Positions 58,111 through 64,000 of a stretch of DNA of 64,000 nt are shown piece after piece. This stretch comes from Weissella confusa (GTDB taxonomy: Bacteria > Bacillota > Bacilli > Lactobacillales > Lactobacillaceae), in assembly GCA_014332815.1 (NCBI GenBank), contig JACSZT010000009.1, positions 54,156 to 118,155 of the forward strand, in the 5' to 3' direction. Numbering within the stretch: the first letter of the stretch is position 1; every line of letters starts with the position of its first letter. The notes beneath the pieces are model-generated. The model saw only the letters and a list, made by a program, of their open reading frames with translations. It did no database searches and had not been told where the DNA came from. Both the position numbers and the translations under genes were made by a program.

Positions 58111-58902
58111 TGGGCGTGACTGAAGAGGCAGAACCGGATGTATTTGAATTTGCAACCCGTCCCGGTGATATGTTGGTTTTGACAACTGATGGTATGCCAA
58201 AGCACGTGTCGGATGAGGAAATCTTAGCTAAGATTAATGACGCACCGACAATCACAGATGCAGTTGCTGAATTGATTAGTGCAACAAATGAAGCTGGTGG
58301 ATCAGACAAGCTAGTGATTGCTGTCATTTTGGTAGACCAGTTAGTGATTGCTAATTTAGGTGACTCACGCGCTTATCTCATTCGAGAGGGGCAATTGCGT
58401 CAACTGACAGTTGATCATAACCTGGCAAGTGAGCTGGTGCGTCGTGGCGCAATTACTGAAGATGAAGCAGTTAAGCACCCTGGTCGCCACGTGATTACTC
58501 GCCAGTGTGATGGCGTTGGAGGCGAGAACGGTGGGGATGTTGCTGCAACCATGGCAGTTTCACACATTGGTAATGAGTGGCAGCAAACCGACATTCATGA
58601 TATTGTCGCGGCTCGTAACTGGCTCTTAAGTCAGGCGGCCCAAGAAAATGAAACTATTTTAACGACGTCAAATCGTTACCGAACATTGCGTGGTATGGCA
58701 ACGAGCAGATGATTTTGAATCTGATGGTTTCTTCATTGCAACGTTGCAAAAGAAGCAAGCCTAGTTAACAAGTAACCGCTGAAAGGAAGGCGTATTTTTA
58801 TGAAAATTGCGTATGCGTCCGATACTGGTCGTGTTCGTGCCGACAATCAGGATTACGTGGGCGTCTTTATTAACGAAGCTGGTGCCCAACTAGCAATCGT
58901 TG
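57913..58902 (+). CDS. prpC: PP2C-family Ser/Thr phosphatase (PrpC/Stp), block-permuted
   Basis: ATG about 58800 [34 protein letters not shown] joins to .[24 protein letters not shown]...; ...[55 protein letters not shown]; C-terminus ...[21 protein letters not shown] at about 57956. Confidence 0.65.
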
Positions 58903-60288
58903 GTGGGTATCTTGGAAGCAGCAGCACCTAAGCTAAAGGCTGGCGGACGTATGGTTTACGGTACTTGCACGATTTTGCGTTCAGAAAACGAAGATGTCGT
59001 TGACATGTTCTTGGCTGAGCACCCAGATTTCGAGTTGGTACCAACGTACACGGCCTACGATTTAGATGCTCGTGACGATCGTGGTATGGTCCACATGTTC
59101 ACGGAACGTTTGCACGTGGCTGACCGTATCAATGCACGTACGCTAGACGCTCGCAAGGTTGATGAAGCGTTTGCGGACGGTCAATTTGACCGTATTTTGG
59201 TTGACGCGCCTTGTTCAGGCTTTGGCCTATTGCGTCGTAAGCCTGAAATTCGATACGATAAGAGTATTGAAGATAGCTTGAGCTTGCAAAAGATTCAACT
59301 GGTTACGTTGCAAGACGAGTCTGCCATGTTGATGGCACCTAGTTTGGACATTCAACCAGATGATCAAGTTTTGGATGCGGCCGCGGCCCCTGGTGGTAAG
59401 ACGACACAAATTGCAACGTACTTGAACGCTGCAGAAGGTGGTCATGTTGAAGCGCTTGATATCCACGATCACAAGGTTGGCTTGATTAATCAAAACAAGG
59501 CATCACGTATTGCGATGGCAATTAACGATGCTCCTGCCCAATCAGCTCGTGTGAACTTGGCAGTCACAACGGTTGCGGATGCAACGAAGATTTTGGAAGA
59601 AGAAGGCTTTACAGTCACACCTTCAAAGGTGACGCCAGATGCCTTGCTACTTGCCGGTGGTCACGTTGCCAGTTCACAAGCTTTCAAGGATGGTTTCGAC
59701 GAAGCCATTAATATTGCGAAGCGTCGCGGTCACGATGGGGTTCGTAAGTTTGTCACAGGTGTTCTCCACGCGATTGACCGTGAAGGTGTGCGTTCATTTG
59801 ATGAAATTACAGACAAGGTTGAACGTTTGTCTGTTGAAGCGTCATTGCCAACTTGGTTGATTAACCAATTGACGGAAGAGTTGGGTTGGGAAAAAGCTGA
59901 ATTGGATGAACGTGATGTTCACTTGATGACAACGATGGTTTACGGTGTTATTCAACGTCGCATGACTTTGGAGTACTGGTTGAAGCCATTCGTGAAGAAG
60001 CCGGAAAAGTTGGACCCATGGGTGCGCGAATTGTTGTATGTCTCTCTTTTCCAAATGAAGTTCTTGGATAAGGTGCCAAATCACGCTATCGAAAAATGGA
60101 CGTAACGGCGTACCTAAATGGACACGCTAAGTTCGAAGAAGGAGACATGGTGATTACTGATGAGCAAGGGAAGTAGTAATAAAGTCGCCGAATGGGAGTT
60201 GCACAATGCACGTGCCATGGCCATTCGAACGCTTGAGAAGATTCGTAATGGTGCCTATTCAAACTTGCAACTGAACAATACGGTTAAG
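58705..60288 (+). CDS. rsmB: 16S rRNA (cytosine967-C5)-methyltransferase RsmB/Sun, block-permuted
   Basis: ATG 60160, overlapping the fmt stop, [43 protein letters not shown]; NusB-like ...[19 protein letters not shown]...NHAI joins to .[31 protein letters not shown]; MTase [21 protein letters not shown]; C-terminus ...[13 protein letters not shown] at about 58760. Confidence 0.65.
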
Positions 60289-61278
60289 GGCGTGGCTTGT
60301 ACCCATTCCCAATCGCGCACACGACGATTAATGGCGTACGCACAAAGATTCAACGCACGCACTTGGTTGATGAAACAACAACGGCACCAGCCGGAACGGT
60401 TGTTAAGAAGGGCAAGCACGATTTGTGGCTAGCTGCCGGTGATGGCAACATCATTGCAATCGATGAATTGCAACCAGCTGGTAAGCACGATAACACCGGC
60501 ACGTTGTTTGATAAGTTGAGTCTATTGGGACGTGACTTGTTGATGGAAACGTTGCCTAAGTTGATTGCTGGGGATGTACAACCTGAGCCTCAAGCTGAAG
60601 AAGATGTAACCTTCTCACCAAACATTTCACCAGAACAAGAAATTTTGGACTTCAGCCGTTCAGCACGTGAGATTCACAACCATGTAACGAAACTATTGGA
60701 ATCAGCACAAATTGCGGCCATCAATGTGCACGCATCATTGCTACCAAAGTATCGTGGTGGGGCACCTATTCACTATGCTGTACTTAACGGCGATGCTGAG
60801 ACTGGGGTCTCAATCATGTACATGGTGAAGAAGATGGACGCTGGTGATGTGATTTCACGTGCCACGTTGCCTATCTTGGATGGTGCTGCTGTAATGACGC
60901 AACCAGATCGTCCAGTTGGCCGCAAGCGTGTATTGACGCCAACGCCAGTAAAGGAAGCTGCCGTTGCGGCTGGCATTAAGGTGTTGCAACCTGAAAAGCT
61001 TTCTGGTTCAGATGAAATGGCTGAAGTCATTGCCATGCAACCGGATTTGTTGATTACAGCAGCTTATGGTCAATTCTTGCACTACAAAAACAAGGGGTTA
61101 CGTTAACGATTGATCGTGACCCAGTAAACTTCATTTAGAAAATAAACGAGGCGTTTTTATGCGCCTCATACATATAAAAAGGAGACTGGCAACATGACAA
61201 CTAAGATTGTATTTATGGGAACCCCAAACTTTTCTGTGCCAATTTTGAATGCATTGATTGCAAATGATGATTACGAGG
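60091..61278 (+). CDS. fmt: Methionyl-tRNA formyltransferase, block-permuted
   Basis: AAAGGAGA RBS plus ATG 61194, [29 protein letters not shown], joins to ..[36 protein letters not shown]...ITAAYGQFL, then ..[45 protein letters not shown]; C-terminus ...[33 protein letters not shown] at about 60173. Confidence 0.7.
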
Positions 61279-63654
61279 TGATGAGGCAGCTAAGGTTGCT
61301 TATCAGACGGCCAACTGGCTAAAGCGTCACTTGGCATCGGATTCAGTTTTACTCGGTCCTTCGACAGGTGCAATCGCACGCTTGAAGAATAAGTATTATT
61401 ACCGAATGGTGATTAAATTTAAGCATGATGATGGGTTAGAGGAAGCGCTAACGGAACTTGTTTCAGCCGGTCAACGTGTGGCTGGTCGTGCCGGACGTGC
61501 TGATAAGGAAGGTGAAGTGGTGATTCAAACGTTTAATCCCGATCACTATGCCATTCAGTTAGCCAAGACACAGGACTATGAATCATTCTACAAGCAAGAA
61601 ATGAATCTACGTCATACTTGGCAGTATGCGCCGTACTTCTATACAGTGCAGATTAAGATTGCCCACGAGCGTCATACGCGTCGCAAGGGTGCAACGGACA
61701 AGATGTTGAATGATTTTGGTGAGAAGAAGGCGGATATCTTATTGGGTACCCAAATGATTGCCAAGGGTCTGGATTTTCCAGATGTTACATTGGTCGGCGT
61801 ACTAAATGCTGATACCACACTGGGCTTGCCAGATTATCGTGCCTCAGAGCGTACTTTCCAACTACTGACGCATGATTTGGCCTTGACGGTGCACAAGGAC
61901 ACGGGCCGTTTGGAATGCCACTACTGTGGTTATAGCGAACCAATCCCAACGACTTGTGCCAACTGTGGTTCTGACCGTATTCGTCCTTATGGTACGGGAA
62001 CTCAAAAGGTTGAAGAAGAATTGCAACGTATTATGCCTGATGCACGCATCATCCGCATGGACGTTGATACATTGCCAAAGGCAGAAGTTGTGGACATGCG
62101 TGAAGCAATGAAGGCCGGCGGGGATGATATTTTCTCACCACAATTGTTAACGCAGCTCCGTGATCGCATGGACAAGCAAGAGCAAAGTGTCTTGATGTTG
62201 AATCGACGCGGTTATGCCAACTTTATGATGTGTCGTAATTGTGGTTATACGCCACGCTGTGTGAACTGCGATGAAGAGCACGAAGCAACTTATAAGCAAG
62301 AAGAAAACCCACGTTACCACGCCCGCGATGTCGCACTTTGGCGTGCCGAGTATCACAATGCAACAGTTGTCTTGGGCTCAGCCACACCGTCGTTAGAAAG
62401 TCGTGCGCGTGCCCAACGTGGTGTTTATACGTTGCTGACGTTGACGGAACGTGCGTTGCACAATCCAGAAATCACGTTGACGCCACAAATGGTACGTCGT
62501 GTGAAGGGACGCTTCGGTGATAATGTCGCAGTCATGCACTCAGGACTATCGGATGGTGAACGCTACGATGAATGGCGTCGCGTTGAGCGCCACGAAGTAC
62601 AGGTGGTTGTGGGCGCACGTTCAGCAATATTTGCACCGTTGGAGAACATCGGACTTATCGTCATACCAGTTGCTGCAACTGAAGCATTGACGTTAAACCC
62701 CGAGCAAGAAGTGGCTTATGAGGCCATTACGGCTAGCTTGAATAAAGCTGAGAATGACACCTTTTTGCTAGAAGGGATTACCGGGTCAGGTAAGACGGAG
62801 GTCTACTTGCAAAGCATTGCGCATACATTGGCCAACGGTAAGACGGCTTTGATGTTAGTGCCGCGTCGTCAGTTACGCAAGACGGCGGTTAAGCAAGCAC
62901 GGTTGTTGACGTTCTTGATGACGGCACCGCGCGATTTTATGCCAATTAAGACTGTTATAGATGAACAACATCTTGACTATCCAACGATTAAAAAAGCTGA
63001 GGAACAGGGCTGGATTACGCGTGACGAAATCGAAGAATACCGTTTGCCACGTTTGAGCAGCGCTGTAGCCTTGTTGTTTGCTGATCGTTCTGAAATTCCG
63101 TTTGATGAACATGAGATTGAACCAGCGCTATTGCCTAAGTTGCAACGTTTGCAACGACAAGGTATTTTGCAAGTTGGCTATGTCGTAGATAATCGCGCAA
63201 CGGCTAAAACAGTGTTGGCAATGAAGCCTACACAAGACGCAGATTTCTATGACAATGAGAAGTTGAAAGACATTGATAGCGTTGTGGAACTAACGCCAGT
63301 CTTAAACGATGAATTATTGCAACTGGGCGGTTGGCTAGCGGAAACGAATTTTTCATTCCGTATTAGCGTGTTGCAAACGATGCTACCTAATGTGATGCGC
63401 GCCAAGTATTCGAAGACGCTTCAGTTGGTTGAACCGGATGCAATTACGGACGATGCGAGGAAAAAATACATGTATGCACAAGTGATTGTCGATGTACCGG
63501 CAATGCAGACAAACCAGCCATATACCTACCGTATTCCGGCTGAGTTAGCAGATATTGTCGTTGATGGTATGCGCGTTGTTGTACCGTTTGGCCGTGGGAA
63601 TCGCTTGATTCAGGGGTTCGTCGTCGGCCTCGTTGATGAGGCTGAAGATGCTGA
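61081..63654 (+). CDS. priA: Primosomal protein N' (PriA helicase), block-permuted
   Basis: Promoter-like TTGCCT-17-TAAAAT at about 63791-63813 (upstream in de-permuted order); ATG about 63469 [62 protein letters not shown] joins to ...[36 protein letters not shown]; Walker [17 protein letters not shown]; Zn-binding CHYCGY...CANCGS / CRNCGY..CVNC; C-terminus ...[24 protein letters not shown] at about 61138; attenuator hairpin GAGGCGTTTTTATGCGCCTC at 61148-61170 before fmt. Confidence 0.7.
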
Positions 63655-63852
63655 TAAGTTAACAATGACGCGATTTAAAAATCAACGTGAATCATGATGA
63701 AAATTGGTCAGGGTGGCAACACCTTGGCCTTTTTTGTTGGCGTAAAACCAAAGGAAATATAAAGCGTATCGGGCGTCATTAGGGGGATTTGCCTAAGTTT
63801 GGTAAAATAGAGTGAGCAAATTTTAGACTTATTGAATATATAGACCAGATGA

Positions 63853-64000
63853 CAATCCAGGCTTGCAAGGTGAAATCGAATTACTATTGCGTCGTCGATA
63901 TGAATTGAACATTACATATATTGATGACCCGACGGTGGCGGATGCTATTATTGCAGACCACTTAATGCTATTGGCACCGTACAAGCGTCTGTTCGTTTGG
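63853..64000 (+). CDS. Partial C-terminal coding piece of the gene upstream of priA in de-permuted order (possibly CoaBC-like), continuing beyond the window
   Basis: Open frame ...DNPGLQGEIELLLRRRYELNITYIDDPTVADAIIADHLMLLAPYKRLFVW with no stop before the window end; family assignment tentative. Confidence 0.2.

Overview
The window is not a native contiguous stretch of genome. Every recognisable gene is present as about 198-nt (66-codon) pieces that sit in exactly reversed order along the window, with strand and reading frame preserved. Within every + strand gene the C-terminal pieces lie at low coordinates and the start codon at high coordinates; - strand genes mirror this. Whole-gene synteny is reversed as well: rplS-trmD-rimM...priA runs left to right on the + strand instead of priA...rplS. 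About 15 block junctions can be rebuilt precisely. They fall at about 96+198k (+/-2 nt) and restore clean protein sequences and native stop/start overlaps, for example CoiA MFIAKKKESVDLVKADVAV|..TVYVCPGCEGEV across 7224/6829 and YlxM MELEK|[11 protein letters not shown] across 36330/35935. Because 198 is a multiple of 3 the frame runs on across junctions, so the long ORFs in the six-frame track (811, 788, 662, 592, 538 aa and so on) are chimeric read-throughs, not proteins. I read the window as a codon-statistics-preserving block-reversed (decoy or control-like) version of about 64 kb of a Lactobacillales chromosome, Weissella/Leuconostoc-like, GC about 45%. Read in reverse block order, the content is ordinary conserved housekeeping and carbohydrate loci: pepQ/ccpA; ytxH-ytxG-like stress genes; glpF/pepF/coiA; a cellobiose-type PTS operon with two GH1 6-phospho-beta-glucosidases; mecA/spx; telA/xpaC; tRNA-Leu; CPBP protease, HAD, mscL, dNK and a P60 hydrolase; glpK, 4-OT tautomerase, yitT and gltT; rplS-trmD-rimM...rpsP-ffh-ylxM-ftsY-smc-rnc-acpP-plsX-recG; a GH43/GPH xyloside cluster with an araC regulator; ohyA; and yloV-asp23-rpmB-thiN-rpe-rsgA-pknB-prpC-rsmB-fmt-priA. 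I find no support for a novel biological system; the notable signal is the permutation itself. Feature coordinates are window coordinates of the piece-sets carrying each gene, approximate to a few nt; no feature is an intact ORF as written.
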